The notes under the pieces are model-generated. The model worked only from the letters and a program-made list of their open reading frames with translations, was not told where the DNA came from and did not search any database. A DNA stretch of 64,000 nt from Candidatus Bathyarchaeota archaeon. Lineage in GTDB: Archaea > Thermoproteota > Bathyarchaeia > Bathyarchaeales > Bathycorpusculaceae. Location of the stretch: NCBI GenBank assembly GCA_963739305.1, contig CAVTZU010000011.1:64001-128000 (forward strand). Reading direction: 5' to 3'. Positions 17,888 through 29,438 of the stretch are shown in pieces; within the stretch, counting starts at the first letter, position 1, and each line of letters starts with the position of its first letter. The translations under genes and the position numbers were made by a program.

Positions 17888-19225
17888 ATGTCTCTTGAAA
17901 AACTAGGCTCCTCACTTTACGATGCTTTAAGGAAAGTTTTCAAGGCATCTGTGGTTGACGAGGCAACCGTCAAAGAGCTTGTCCGTGACATTCAAAGAGC
18001 CTTGCTACAGGCCGACGTGAACGTTCAGCTTGTCCTTGATATCTCCAAACGAATAGAAGATCGCGCACTGAAGGAAAAAGTTCCCCCAGGGGTTTCGAGA
18101 CGCGAACACGTAATAAAAGTCGTCTATGAGGAAATGACCCGTTTTCTAGGTGAAAAAGCCATTCCGATGAAAGTAGAACCTGGCAAAAGAAAGACAGTGA
18201 TGCTTGTAGGCATCCAAGGTTCAGGTAAGACGACCGTAGCTGCAAAGCTGGCACGATACTTCCAGAAGAGAGGGCTAAAGCCCGCGCTAGTTTGCGGAGA
18301 CACTTTCCGTCCGGGCGCCTACGCTCAGCTTCAACAATTGGCCGCCAGGATTAACGTCCCCTTGTACGGCGACGTAAAGGCAAAGGACGCCGTCAAAGTA
18401 GTGTCCGAAGGCTTGAAACAATTTGGAGACAAAGACGTCGTGATAGTTGACACTTCTGGACGCCACAAAGAGGAACAAGAACTGATAAAGGAAATGAAGA
18501 TGCTCGAAAAAAGCATCAAACCCGATGAAGTGATGCTAGTAATTGACGGAACAATCGGACAGCAAGCCTTGGCACAAGCCAAAGCATTCAACCAAGCAAC
18601 CCCCATTGGCTCGATTCTTGTCACCAAACTGGATGGGTCTGCTAGGGGAGGCGGAGCTTTGTCAGCTGTCGCAGGGACAGGTGCGCCGATAAAATTCATA
18701 GGAACCGGCGAGAAAATCGAGGACATTGAAGCTTTCGTTCCTTCACGTTTCGTAGGCCGACTGTTGGGAATGGGCGACCTAGAAACCCTGCTCGACAAAG
18801 TGAAGGAAGCCGAAATTGCTGTCCCAGAGAAAAAGGCCAAGGCCATACTCAGCGGAAAGTTCACCTTGACAGACATGTATGAACAGTTCGAAGCCATGAA
18901 AGGCATGGGCACGTTCAAGAAGCTTATGAAGATGATTCCAGGGATGTCCTACAACATTCCTGATGAAATGCTCAGTTCGGCCGAAGGTCGTTTGGAAAAG
19001 TGGCGAATAATGATTCAATCGATGACCCCTGAAGAGAGAGACAACCCGAAAATTTTCAACGCATCGAGAATGAAACGTGTCGCTAGAGGCTCCGGCACCA
19101 ACGACAAAGAAGTGAAAGAACTCCTAAAACAGTACGTTATGATGCGGCGAATGCTGAAGACGATGCGCCGGAGAAAAGGCAAGTTTCCATTCTTTGGAAA
19201 GGGTCTGCCGCTTGACATGAAGTAA
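17888..19225 (+). CDS. srp54: Signal recognition particle protein SRP54
   Basis: GIQGSGKTT, DTSGRH, TKLDGSARGGG, Met-rich M domain. Confidence 0.97.
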   Translation: MSLEKLGSSLYDALRKVFKASVVDEATVKELVRDIQRALLQADVNVQLVLDISKRIEDRALKEKVPPGVSRREHVIKVVYEEMTRFLGEKAIPMKVEPGKRKTVMLVGIQGSGKTTVAAKLARYFQKRGLKPALVCGDTFRPGAYAQLQQLAARINVPLYGDVKAKDAVKVVSEGLKQFGDKDVVIVDTSGRHKEEQELIKEMKMLEKSIKPDEVMLVIDGTIGQQALAQAKAFNQATPIGSILVTKLDGSARGGGALSAVAGTGAPIKFIGTGEKIEDIEAFVPSRFVGRLLGMGDLETLLDKVKEAEIAVPEKKAKAILSGKFTLTDMYEQFEAMKGMGTFKKLMKMIPGMSYNIPDEMLSSAEGRLEKWRIMIQSMTPEERDNPKIFNASRMKRVARGSGTNDKEVKELLKQYVMMRRMLKTMRRRKGKFPFFGKGLPLDMK

Positions 19226-19234
19226 GATTTTCCG

Positions 19235-20602
19235 ATGAGGGTAGCTGGGATGGACATTTCGAACGATGCCTTTGACATGTTAGCAAAGCATGCACTTTGC
19301 GATCATTGTCTGGGAAGGCAGTTTGCCCTGCTCGGTCATGGAATGGAAAATGAAGAGAGGGGAAAAGCCCTCAAGCTTGTTCTAACTCTCAAGGCTCATG
19401 TCATGGCCCTCTCAGAGGACAAAAAAGGCATCAAGTGTCTGAAGGTATTGGCCACAAATGGCTTCTTCGCGGCAGCAAACGAACTGCTCCAGGAAATGGG
19501 AAAGCCTGTTCCTCAGAAGAGTTTTCTTTCAGAATGCTATTTGTGCGCAAACACGTTCAAACTTGAAACCGACTTGGCGGGGAAGGCCATTGAACTTCTA
19601 AAAGAGTTCGAGTACAACAATTTTCTAGTGGGTACTGAACTGCCTTCGAAGATTGCAGAACGCGAAGATGAATTCAGGGCCGAGTTTAACGTACAACATG
19701 GCGAAAACATGCGCAATGAGTTCGGACGGCTAGTTGGTAAAAAAATCGCTGAGCAGACAAAGAAAGATGTTGAGTTCAAACGCCCCGAAATGGTAGTGCT
19801 CATCAAACCTTTCGAGCAGAGTGTCCAGCTTCAACCAAACCCGCTTTTCGTTTCCGGGAGATATCGCAAACTGGTCCGAGACATACCTCAGTCGAAATGG
19901 TTCTGTTCAACATGCCACGGGCATGGCTGCGAGAAATGTGGCTGGACTGGGAAAATGTATCAAGAGTCTGTCCAGGAAATAATAGAAAAACCATTTCTGG
20001 AAGCAACAGGCGGTCTGAAAGCCTCTTTCCACGCTTCAGGCAGGGAAGACATCGATGCACGCATGCTTGGCAGAGGCAGACCTTTCGTCATCGAGATCAC
20101 GAAACCGAAGAAACGTTTCTTGGATCTTGAACGAGTTAAGAAAGAAGTGAACGCCTCAGGGAAAGGCAAGGTTCAAGTTTCAAGAATGATAATGGCAGAC
20201 AAATTGGTCGTCCAAAGATTGAAGAAAGGCGAATCAACGCAAAAGGAGTATCGTGTACTAATCGAGTTTGAGAGGCGAATAACTGACAAGGACCTGCTTA
20301 ATGTCGAGAAAACGCTGACGAACGTGACTATCAAGCAACAAACGCCATTAAGGGTCGTTCACCGCCGTGCAGATTTGACTCGGGAAAAGTACATATACGA
20401 GGTGAACGTTAAGAAGTTGTCACCAAAAAAAGCTGAAATGAAAGTACGATGCCAAGGAGGACTGTACGTTAAAGAATTGGTGACCGGAGATGAAGGAAGA
20501 ACGGTTCCTAACGTGTCAGCAATTCTCAACAATAGGGCGAAGCCACAGAAACTCGACGTTCTGAACGTGGCGATGGAAGATCAAGAGTTGATGGGAAAAT
20601 GA
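19235..20602 (+). CDS. pus10: tRNA pseudouridine(54/55) synthase Pus10
   Basis: CDHCLGRQF, GREDIDARMLG, QTPLRVVHRR, GGLYVKELV. Confidence 0.95.
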   Translation: MRVAGMDISNDAFDMLAKHALCDHCLGRQFALLGHGMENEERGKALKLVLTLKAHVMALSEDKKGIKCLKVLATNGFFAAANELLQEMGKPVPQKSFLSECYLCANTFKLETDLAGKAIELLKEFEYNNFLVGTELPSKIAEREDEFRAEFNVQHGENMRNEFGRLVGKKIAEQTKKDVEFKRPEMVVLIKPFEQSVQLQPNPLFVSGRYRKLVRDIPQSKWFCSTCHGHGCEKCGWTGKMYQESVQEIIEKPFLEATGGLKASFHASGREDIDARMLGRGRPFVIEITKPKKRFLDLERVKKEVNASGKGKVQVSRMIMADKLVVQRLKKGESTQKEYRVLIEFERRITDKDLLNVEKTLTNVTIKQQTPLRVVHRRADLTREKYIYEVNVKKLSPKKAEMKVRCQGGLYVKELVTGDEGRTVPNVSAILNNRAKPQKLDVLNVAMEDQELMGK

Positions 20603-20895
20603 GGAAATCGAAAGGTTTTCGTTCTGGAGCAAGGCGTCTTCTGACGAAAGAGCCTAGGGAGCGAGGCAAAATGAGGCTGAGCAAGTTGCTCTACGAGTAT
20701 CACCCGGGAAATCAGGTTGTTGTCAAAATAGATTCGGCTGTCCACAAAGGAATGCCCCATAAACGTTACCACGGAAGAGTTGGGACAATCCTGAACAAGC
20801 GAGGAAGAAGCTACGTCGTGTCCGTTTCGCAAGGGGACGCGTTGAGGGAAATAATCGTTAGACCTGAGCATCTAGAACCCTACAAGAGCGATTAG
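20599..20895 (+). CDS. rpl21e: 50S ribosomal protein L21e
   Basis: HKGMPHKRYHGRVG, RPEHL. Confidence 0.96.
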   Translation: MRKSKGFRSGARRLLTKEPRERGKMRLSKLLYEYHPGNQVVVKIDSAVHKGMPHKRYHGRVGTILNKRGRSYVVSVSQGDALREIIVRPEHLEPYKSD

Positions 20896-20896
20896 A

Positions 20897-21232
20897 ATGT
20901 CAAAAGAAAGTTTGACTGAAAAAAAACTTACTCTACCACAGGTCAAAAAGATAATGGAGGATATAGGCGAGGAAAACCTTGACCAACTTCAACGCCGAAC
21001 CTTCGACTATATTTCGAAGTTTGCAAAGAGCGATCTAGAATCAAGCGAGAAACTTGTGCAAAAACTCCAAGCAGATTTCGGCGTGGACGAGATAGAAGCG
21101 GTAGAAATAGTTAACTGTATGCCAAAAAGCGTTGAAGAACTGCGAGTCTTTCTGGCTGGTGGCCGCAAAATAATTGAAACCTCCAAATTACAAGCCATGG
21201 TCAACCTTCTAGACGAACATCGAAAACTCTAA
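20897..21232 (+). CDS. rpo4: RNA polymerase subunit Rpo4 (F)
   Basis: QRRTFDY..KF, IVNCMPKSVEELR; conserved position after rpl21e. Confidence 0.88.
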   Translation: MSKESLTEKKLTLPQVKKIMEDIGEENLDQLQRRTFDYISKFAKSDLESSEKLVQKLQADFGVDEIEAVEIVNCMPKSVEELRVFLAGGRKIIETSKLQAMVNLLDEHRKL

Positions 21233-21291
21233 CGGGAAAACTCAAACACCCCAACTGTTTTTAAACAAAGACAGACTAAGTATAGGCGAAT

Positions 21292-21867
21292 ATGACCATG
21301 ATGGAGAAGCGGTACGAAGAGTACGCTTACATACTTGACTTTCTGCCTCACGGCAGACCCGGTGTACACGTCTCAGGCCGAGCCGGATACAGAGCGGGAG
21401 CGCTGGTCCAATTGGTAGGAGAAGAATTCTTCACCCTATTGGAGGCCCTCGTAAAAGAAGGCGTAACGCTCAAACCACACGACAGGGTCTTCGTCGGCAA
21501 AGAAGCCCGCGATGAAATCACCTACATTATCGGTCGAATAGGATATGAAGAATTGACTACGGCTGCAAGAAATGAGCTTTCTGCCGTAATCAGCAGAATA
21601 GTATTGAACAGAGAAAAATGGTTCGTGCAATTCTTCAACACCGCGAGAGCCGTCACGCCTCGAATGCACGCATTAGAATTGATTCCAGGTATTGGCAAGA
21701 AATACATGTGGCAAGTCATAAACGAACGCGAAAGAAAACCTTTTGAAAGCTTCGATGATTTACAGAAGCGCACTGAACTCCCCAACCCAGTCAAGTTGAT
21801 CACGAAACGAGTCATGGAAGAGTTAAGCGGTGACAGCAAGTATCGATTGTTCACGCGAGCCCAATAG
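21292..21867 (+). CDS. DUF655 putative RNA-binding protein
   Basis: EEYAYILDFLPHG, FFTLLE, RMHALELIPGIGKK; conserved operon position. Confidence 0.9.
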   Translation: MTMMEKRYEEYAYILDFLPHGRPGVHVSGRAGYRAGALVQLVGEEFFTLLEALVKEGVTLKPHDRVFVGKEARDEITYIIGRIGYEELTTAARNELSAVISRIVLNREKWFVQFFNTARAVTPRMHALELIPGIGKKYMWQVINERERKPFESFDDLQKRTELPNPVKLITKRVMEELSGDSKYRLFTRAQ

Positions 21868-21894
21868 CAAAGATCGATCGTTAGACGGTCTGAC

Positions 21895-22716
21895 ATGAGC
21901 CTAACGCAAAAAACAAAGTCACTACTTCGAATGTATAGAATTCTGCCGAAGAAGAGTCTTGGACAAAACTTCACCATCAAACCTTGGATTTTAGAACGCA
22001 TGATTTACTATGGATCGTTGAACTCGAACGATACGGCGTTGGATATTGGAGCTGGCTTGGGTTTTCTGACGCGTCTCATGGCTAAGCAGTGTAAAACGGT
22101 AATAGCGGTCGAGGCACAGGCTGAGCTCGTTGAGGTGCTTCGCGCAAATCTTGCAGATGTGCCAAACGTAAACGTAATATGTGGAAATATCCTAAGGCTC
22201 AACGTTCCAGGATTCAACAAGGTAGTTTCAATTCCTCCATACGGATTGTCTTCACACTTGTTACCGTGGCTTTTCGAACGGACCTTCGATTCCGCCGTAT
22301 TGGTTTTTCAGAAAGAATTTGCGGACCGTCTCACAGCTCAGGTCGGAAGCAAGGACTATGGATGGTTGTCCGTCTTGACTTACTATCGCGCACAGATCGA
22401 GCCTATGGACGTGGTGCCCAGCTCAAGCTTCTATCCGCAACCCAAAATTGACTCAAAAATAATTCGCCTCACTCCAAAGAAGCCTCCTCCTTTCAAGCTG
22501 AAAAACGAGAGGCTGTTCAACCAGTTGACCCGCTCTCTCTTCACGCAGCGCAACAAGAAAGTGCGGAGTGCCGCCTTGTCATTTTTCAGAAATTCGAGGA
22601 ACATGCAAAAAGACGATGCTGCTAAAGCCGCTGATGAGCTCCCCCTGTCTGACAAGAGAGTCAGAGAATTGGCTCCTGAAGATTTCGGAGTTCTGGCAAA
22701 TGTCATCGATGAATAA
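21895..22716 (+). CDS. ksgA: 16S rRNA adenine dimethyltransferase KsgA/Dim1
   Basis: KKSLGQNF, DIGAGLG, PPY, QKEFA, FYPQPKIDS. Confidence 0.92.
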   Translation: MSLTQKTKSLLRMYRILPKKSLGQNFTIKPWILERMIYYGSLNSNDTALDIGAGLGFLTRLMAKQCKTVIAVEAQAELVEVLRANLADVPNVNVICGNILRLNVPGFNKVVSIPPYGLSSHLLPWLFERTFDSAVLVFQKEFADRLTAQVGSKDYGWLSVLTYYRAQIEPMDVVPSSSFYPQPKIDSKIIRLTPKKPPPFKLKNERLFNQLTRSLFTQRNKKVRSAALSFFRNSRNMQKDDAAKAADELPLSDKRVRELAPEDFGVLANVIDE

Positions 22717-23326
22717 GAAAGTGTGCTTTGAAGACTACACCTTTCTTGTAGACGAAAACGTTTACGAACCCGCTGAAGACTCTTTTCTTTTCGCCGAAAA
22801 CCTGCCGACTGAGGAAACTCACAAAGTAATAGACATGGGAGCCGGATGCGGCATTTTGGGTGTAATTGGAGCAAAAAGAGCTAACGAAGTCCTTGCAGTC
22901 GACGTGAACCCTTACGCAGTGCGTTGTGCAAAGCAAAACGCAAGACTGAATGGCGTGTTCGACAAATTCGTCTTCATTCAAGGAGATCTGTTTTGCTCTG
23001 TCGCCCAAGGAGCCAAGTTTGATTTGATACTCTTCAACGCACCTTATCTGCCTCTGGAAAATGAGGATGCTTCTTGGGTTGGACGCTCTTGGGCAGGCGG
23101 CAAGACTGGAAGAGAGGTAATTGACCGTTTCATCGATCAAGCGCCGGGACATCTAAGTTCGAACGGTCAGATTCTTTTGATGCAGTCTTCCTTGTCCAAT
23201 ATCGATCAGACATTGCGGAGATACGCGAGCAGAGGCTTGAATGCGAATGTAGTCGCGAGTCGGGTCCAGCCCTTCTTTGAAACAATATTGCTTACAAGCG
23301 CTAAGCAGTCAGTAACATCGAAATAG
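22709..23326 (+). CDS. HemK2/PrmC-family methyltransferase
   Basis: VYEPAEDSFL, DMGAGCG, FNAPYLP, GG..G; ATG overlaps the ksgA end. Confidence 0.9.
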   Translation: MNKKVCFEDYTFLVDENVYEPAEDSFLFAENLPTEETHKVIDMGAGCGILGVIGAKRANEVLAVDVNPYAVRCAKQNARLNGVFDKFVFIQGDLFCSVAQGAKFDLILFNAPYLPLENEDASWVGRSWAGGKTGREVIDRFIDQAPGHLSSNGQILLMQSSLSNIDQTLRRYASRGLNANVVASRVQPFFETILLTSAKQSVTSK

Positions 23327-23499
23327 TTTACTCTCTTGGGAAGAATGGAAGCACTCGACTTACATAATTAACTGTCTAGAATTGCCTTCGGAACAAACTT
23401 AAAGCTTCGTGAAACGCAATCAATCGCCAACTGTCAAAAAGCTATAAAATGTAGATTAATATTTTTAGTTCCCTGAAACATGATAGTTAGGGATGAGAT

Positions 23500-24534
23500 T
23501 TGAGATCCTCAAGGATTGTATACCTGGTAACGAGGGCTCACGGACTTAGGCGTCATCTACTAAGGGCTGAAGACTACATTCGACTGTTGAAAGTAGAAAG
23601 TGTACTGGGAATAGTCGATTTCCTGTCACACGGAGACTATTCATCCGATCTGAACAGGCTTCCTCCAAAAGAAGTGGATGCTTATCTTCTGGAGAAGATC
23701 GTCTATCGAAGACTTTCAGGTCGTTTTTCTTCGTTACTCGAGATAGCGAGTGGAAAGATAGGGGACGCATTGAAACAGTACTACATGAAGCTTGAAGTCG
23801 AGAATCTAAAGAGAATAGTAAGGGCCGAACATGAAAATTTTCAATTGAACGAAAACCAGCTAATCCCTATAGCCCGAAAGTATCAGACGGTCAATTTTCC
23901 TGCACTACTGGAAGCTCGTAACATAAACGAAATGGTCTATTTCCTGAGTGAGACCCCTTACGATGTGCTAAAAGAAAAACTCGATCTCTATACGAAATAC
24001 AATAACCCCTTGATCCTCGAAGCCACCATAGAGAGTGTTTACTATCAAAACCTCTGGAAGAAAATCGGAAATCTCCCCGAAAAAAACGAAATCGAACAAC
24101 TTGTGGGAACTGAGATGGATCTCAGAAATCTTCTACTAGTTTTCTCATCTAAACAGAAGAATATGGAGCGCGGTCTTCTCGATGAGATGATTTTGAGTTC
24201 TCATTATAGACTGCAAAAAGGAGTGATTGATGCAATGAGTGATGCACCGTATGGAGCGATACCCGAACTACTGGCTAGGCAGGCTTATGTTGATTTGGCA
24301 AGAGAAGCTGTTGATCTGTTTCAAGAAGGAAAGTTTACGGAGATAGAGAACTCGTTCTCGCGGTACGTTTATTCGAATGCCGAGAGAGCTATGACTAGAA
24401 AACCCAACAGCTCGGTGTTTGTTTTCGCCTATCTTGATCTTTGCTTCAGAGAAGCCAAAAACTTAACGACTTTAGCTATTGGCAAACAGATGAAGTTAAG
24501 CGAAGAAGAGATTCGAAAATTGATCTTTATCTAG
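23500..24534 (+). CDS. atpC: A/V-type ATP synthase subunit C
   Basis: YLVTRAHGL...LL, EVENLKRI, ETPY, EMDLRNL, EAKNLT. Confidence 0.85.
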   Translation: MRSSRIVYLVTRAHGLRRHLLRAEDYIRLLKVESVLGIVDFLSHGDYSSDLNRLPPKEVDAYLLEKIVYRRLSGRFSSLLEIASGKIGDALKQYYMKLEVENLKRIVRAEHENFQLNENQLIPIARKYQTVNFPALLEARNINEMVYFLSETPYDVLKEKLDLYTKYNNPLILEATIESVYYQNLWKKIGNLPEKNEIEQLVGTEMDLRNLLLVFSSKQKNMERGLLDEMILSSHYRLQKGVIDAMSDAPYGAIPELLARQAYVDLAREAVDLFQEGKFTEIENSFSRYVYSNAERAMTRKPNSSVFVFAYLDLCFREAKNLTTLAIGKQMKLSEEEIRKLIFI

Positions 24535-24938
24535 CCAACGGAAGGCAATTTGCCCATAATCAATATTGCGATAAGAAGGCCATAGATTGCGACACCTTCT
24601 CCCAGACCGGCCAGTATCAAGACCCAAATCGATGTTTCTGGTCTCTCCACGATAGCTGCCATTCCAGCGCTAGCAGCTCCAGATATAGCTATTCCGGCGC
24701 CTAGGCATGATCCGGCCACGGCTATAGCTGCCCCAAGCAGTGCCAGTCCGTATTGGCTGTAGAATTCAGTTGGAATCGTGCTTTGACTCTGTTGAACAAA
24801 ACCAAAAGCTAGATTGCGTGCAAGAACAGCAAACAAAATGGTTGGCACGGCGACACCAAACAGTAACGCGAAGATGAAAGTTCGCTTTCGCATTATGGAT
24901 TTTGCGGGATTCCGGCTCTTACGTTCTTCTATGCCCAT
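24531..24938 (-). CDS. atpK: A/V-type ATP synthase proteolipid K (c)
   Basis: GAGIA...AIVERPE...GLGEGVAIYG with the ion-binding Glu; GGAGGG RBS before ATG 24938. Confidence 0.9.
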   Translation of the reverse strand: MGIEERKSRNPAKSIMRKRTFIFALLFGVAVPTILFAVLARNLAFGFVQQSQSTIPTEFYSQYGLALLGAAIAVAGSCLGAGIAISGAASAGMAAIVERPETSIWVLILAGLGEGVAIYGLLIAILIMGKLPSVG

Positions 24939-24975
24939 CTTGCTTTTCCCTCCATAAGAAAATGGGCTTTCAAAT

Positions 24976-26917
24976 TTAAGTCTTTGCTTCAAACTTTGTC
25001 TTGAACGGTCTGTACGAAATTCCTTTTCCTATAAAGAATTTGGTGGAAAACTCGTAATACATCAGTCTCGTCGACTGTATGAAAGCTGCAAATCCCTCTA
25101 TCAGGAAGACGATGACGTTCATGATGAGAAGGCTGGGTATGTTTCCGATCGTTCCCCCGAAGACCGTTGCGGCGTAAGCCAATGCCCCGTGTGCAATAGC
25201 AAAAGCTGCCAAACGGATGTAAGAAACAGAGTTTGTCAAATAGGACAAGAAAATCTCAAACCCCTCGCCGAATCCCATCACTATTTGGTCAAAAAGCATG
25301 CCTTTCTTTCGTTCGATTCTCGATTCAATCAGAGGAAAGAAGAAGATCAGAACCAGAGCAGCCAACGCGATTACGGAGAAAACGATCGTGTCTTGTTGTA
25401 GGAAAACACTGAAATCCATTCTTCTTAGGTAAGTGACCGCGAGGACTATTCCTGTCAAGTAGAAAACTAATCCAGTGATCCCACGTCCGCTCAAGATTGC
25501 CAATGATAGTTCACGTCTTCTTAGTCTGTTGATAATATTCAGAATCAAACCTAAGGTTATCTGAACGGCGCCGAAGATGAGTGCAATAGTTATTATTTGA
25601 GAGAAATTCTGCAATGGGTTGAGGATTGACGTAGGCAATATTTCCATTAGGAAGAACTCGTTGTAAAGAAAACCGAAGAAGATGGCTGAAATGCCGCAGC
25701 AAATTATTATCTGTCCCAGCCTTCGCGTTGTATTCTGAGAGAAACTGAATAAGCCCGTCTTCTTGCGGGTCAACAGGTAACCCAAGAGCACGAAAATCGC
25801 CCCTTCACCCATGTCTCCAAACATTAATCCGAACATTGTGATGAAGAGGGCCGCGTAAATGGGGGTTGGATTCAGCTCAAAGTACCCTGGAGTACCTTGG
25901 ATGTTCACGAAGAGGGAAAAGGGTCCGAGAATGCCTCTGTTCTCAAAACGTGAAGGCACTTTGTCTTCGGATTTTGGGTCTTCAAGTTTCAAATAGACAT
26001 TTTCTCTGGGAACTATTCCTTCAATACCCTGTTTTAGGGCATTTACCTTGTTTAGTAGGGATCCATCCTTCAATCAGACTGTTTTTCTTGGTTCGAAGTA
26101 TGGAGTTCTTCGTTGTTTCTATTTGAAGAGTTCCAAAGGCACATGGCTCGTATGACTCGAATTTCTCCTTTGTTCTGAGCAGCTGGCTTGTAATGCTTTG
26201 AATTTCTTCTCTTTTTCGTTGTAAGGCTTTCTCTGTTTCGTCCAACGCTTTTTTAGGTTCCGGGCTTATGTTTTGCGGAAAGTTCAATTCTTGAAAGTTG
26301 AGCAACTTCAGGGTCGTTTCCATGAAAGGTTCATCTTCAACGGAACCAGTTATAGCAACAAAACTCTCTCTGTCCTTTCCTGGCTTTGTTGCATAGACAA
26401 TGCTGGTTCCTGCAGTGTATCCGTTCAGTCTGCTCAATCTGAGGTTATTTAGGAAGCCTGCCTTCACAAAAATGTGTTTGAAGTTTCCTATTGAGTCAAC
26501 CCTGAGCCCAGACGAATCAAGGAATTTCAGGTGCTCTTTCAGTTTTTGCAGATTGCCATTTTCAGTTTCTGCCGCATTCAATTTTTTAGTTATTTCGTCG
26601 AGTTCTTTCTCAATCTCCGTCATAAAGAGACTAATCTGCTCCAAGTTGGTTTGCGGTTCTTCCTCAGCACTTTGAAGAAGTTCTTCGGTTCTAACTTCCG
26701 GCAGAAGACTGTGGATTCTGTCACGAAGTCTAGTGAACCTTGTTTGGATTTCTGCTGAATCTCGCCTAGGGCCATGTTCTTCTACTGCCTCCCTTACGAA
26801 TTGAACCGTTCCGAGTTCACCGATTTTTCGAAGAGCCCCCTCTTCATATTCTGAGGGTACTGCCATCCAAAAGCGTTTCATCGGAGTTGCTCTTAACATA
26901 CTTTTTTTGACTCTCAA
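24976..26917 (-). CDS. atpI: A/V-type ATP synthase subunit I (a), with one apparent +1 frameshift near 26052
   Basis: N-part ends IEGWIP; C-part has PGYFELNPTP, FGLMFGD, SYIRLAAFAIAH, RLMYYEF. Confidence 0.88.
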
Positions 26918-27023
26918 TTTCAGTTTATGTGGTTATCAGCAGGTATTTCCTAATTTGTCATTCGGTCTGCGATTGTGGCGGGCGGAACGATTGAACACAA
27001 AGGGGCAAAGACGTTTGAAGGAG

Positions 27024-29438
27024 CTACACACTTGTCTTCTCTATTTCTTCTAACGTCGGAACCTTTCGCTTGCCACGGAATACCACGTATGCTATGACGA
27101 CCAAGGACACAGCACTGATCGCATAAGCGATCGTCTGCATGAGGCCACCTTCTCTTGCCACGAGTATAAGTAGCGGAGCAATGAGCAATGAGACCAAATT
27201 AACGACCTTGATCATTGGGTTCAGAGCGGGGCCGGCTGTGTCTTTAAGCGGGTCTCCCACGGTGTCTCCGATGACACTTGCTTTGTGGCGTTCTGAACCT
27301 TTGCCGAGGTTCTCCAGTGGGGCGCTTCTCTCGCTTTCTATCTCCTTCTTAGCGTTATCCCAGGCTCCTCCTGAGTTTGCCATGAACACGGCAAGCAACT
27401 GTCCGGTCACTATTACACCTGCTAGGAATCCGCCGAGGACGAGTTCGCCCATAAGGAAACCGATTACTATGGGCATCAGAACAGCTAGCAATGCTACGTT
27501 GATCAGTTCACTTTGTGCGGCATTCGTGCATATACGCACAACCTTCGCATAGTCTGGTTTAGTTGTGCCTTCCATGACGCCTGGGATTCGGAATTGTTTT
27601 CGTACTTCTTCTACGATGAGTGAGGCTGCTCTTTGAACGGCACGCAGCAACACTGAACTGAACAGAAATGGTAGAGCTCCGCCGATCAGTATGCCGATGA
27701 ACACGCGGGGGTCAGCAATGTCAAGCTTGATAGGAGTGGCCACGCCGAGAGTCTCCACGAAGGCGCTGAACAAGCTTACTGCAGCGATGACAGCTGAGGC
27801 GATAGCGATGCCCTTGGTAATAGCTTTAGTCGTGTTGCCTGTGGCGTCTAAATCAGCAAGTGTGGCCTGGCCTTCTGGACTTTGGAAATCTTCTTTGCAT
27901 ATCTCCGCAATACCGCTTGCATTGTCGGAAATCGGACCGAATGCGTCCATGGCCAAGTTGTTTCCGGTGTGTGAAAGCATTCCTATGCCGGTGAGCGCCA
28001 CGGAATAGAATATGAAAAGTGATTGATTGCTGTCAGGGACTTTGAAGCTACTGACGATTACTCCAAGCACCACTACGGCCATTGCTCCGAAGACCCCAAT
28101 TTCTATCTTTTTGCTTCGCCTAGCCAACAGATATCCTATTATTATGGCTGCTACTACTGCCCCTACTATTATCATAGGGCCCATCTGAACCGGTACGGTG
28201 AAAGAGTATATCGAAATTGCCAGGACGATTGACATGACGATTATCAGGAGAGCCCAAACCGTGCTTTCGTAACCTATGGCGATTCCGGATATTATTACGA
28301 TGGCTGCACCGGTTTTGGCGGACTTTACTATTTCCTTGACTGATCCTGTGTTTCGTTGAGTGAACGCTCCGGTGTATTTGTTGAAAGCTATGGCCAGCAA
28401 TATTCCGGTCGCTGTTGCCGCGAAAAGCCGCAAATCCTGAACATAGAAGTAGGCGATAAAGAAAAAGGCCGTCGTAGATATGATTGACGATAGGTCATAG
28501 GATAAATCCATCGCTCGAAATGCGTCACCTTTGGTTGGCCACCACCCGACTGCGTAAGTACCGATGATCGAGCTAAACACGCCGATAGCTCGAACTAGCA
28601 AGGGGAATATGATCCATTTCAGACTGTGAGTCGGATCAATTACCGATACGGCCAGACCCAAGATCAAGGCAGAAACCATCGTAACCTCATATGACTCGAA
28701 TACATCCTCAGCCATCCCGCTGAAGTCACCTACGTTATCACCGACTAGGTCAGCGATGACTGCTGCGTTACGTGGATCGTCCTCAGGAATGCCTTTCTCG
28801 ACTTTGCCAACCAGGTCCGCTCCGACGTCTGCGGCTTTGGTATAAATGCCACCTCCAACTCGCATAAACATGGCTAGTAGGGTACCACCGAAACCGAAAC
28901 CCAGTAACACTTCGGGGGCATGTGTGCCATACAAAATGAATATTGTCGTACCTCCAAGCAGTCCCAGCCCGTCGGCCAACATTCCAGCAATGGTCCCTGA
29001 TCGATAAGCAACGCGCAAGGCTCCTTGGAAGGAGCCAATCCGAGCTTGTTGGGCTACTCTGACGTTGGCTCGTGTTCCAATTATTCTGAGTCCAATCTGT
29101 CCTATCGCCAACGAGCAGGCAGCTCCAAACAGTAGCGCAATCCCACGTCCTATGTAGATTTCTACGGGTGATCTTGCAAAATAGGCCGTCAAAGCTAGGG
29201 CCAAAGCAAGAATGAACGCAATTGGGACAACTACTTCCATCTGGCGGTTAAGGTAAGCCACGGCTCCTTTGCGGATCGAGTTCGAAATATCCTGCATCTT
29301 GGGGGTGCCAGGGTCATATTTTAGCACCCTTCGAGACAACCAAAAAGCGTAGATAAGTGCGGCTATACCGGTGCCGAGGACAAGGAACAAAGCTGTTTGC
29401 TCAAACTGGGATATGCCGCTAGTCAGAATTGAGTCCAT
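27024..29438 (-). CDS. hppA: Membrane H+-translocating pyrophosphatase, K+-independent type
   Basis: [29 protein letters not shown] (Lys = K+-independent), [19 protein letters not shown]. Confidence 0.96.
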   Translation of the reverse strand: MDSILTSGISQFEQTALFLVLGTGIAALIYAFWLSRRVLKYDPGTPKMQDISNSIRKGAVAYLNRQMEVVVPIAFILALALALTAYFARSPVEIYIGRGIALLFGAACSLAIGQIGLRIIGTRANVRVAQQARIGSFQGALRVAYRSGTIAGMLADGLGLLGGTTIFILYGTHAPEVLLGFGFGGTLLAMFMRVGGGIYTKAADVGADLVGKVEKGIPEDDPRNAAVIADLVGDNVGDFSGMAEDVFESYEVTMVSALILGLAVSVIDPTHSLKWIIFPLLVRAIGVFSSIIGTYAVGWWPTKGDAFRAMDLSYDLSSIISTTAFFFIAYFYVQDLRLFAATATGILLAIAFNKYTGAFTQRNTGSVKEIVKSAKTGAAIVIISGIAIGYESTVWALLIIVMSIVLAISIYSFTVPVQMGPMIIVGAVVAAIIIGYLLARRSKKIEIGVFGAMAVVVLGVIVSSFKVPDSNQSLFIFYSVALTGIGMLSHTGNNLAMDAFGPISDNASGIAEICKEDFQSPEGQATLADLDATGNTTKAITKGIAIASAVIAAVSLFSAFVETLGVATPIKLDIADPRVFIGILIGGALPFLFSSVLLRAVQRAASLIVEEVRKQFRIPGVMEGTTKPDYAKVVRICTNAAQSELINVALLAVLMPIVIGFLMGELVLGGFLAGVIVTGQLLAVFMANSGGAWDNAKKEIESERSAPLENLGKGSERHKASVIGDTVGDPLKDTAGPALNPMIKVVNLVSLLIAPLLILVAREGGLMQTIAYAISAVSLVVIAYVVFRGKRKVPTLEEIEKTSV

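Noticed and set aside
26040-26075. Programmed frameshifting in atpI and the other split genes
   Set aside because: No slippery heptamer or stimulatory structure is evident; an indel error is simpler.
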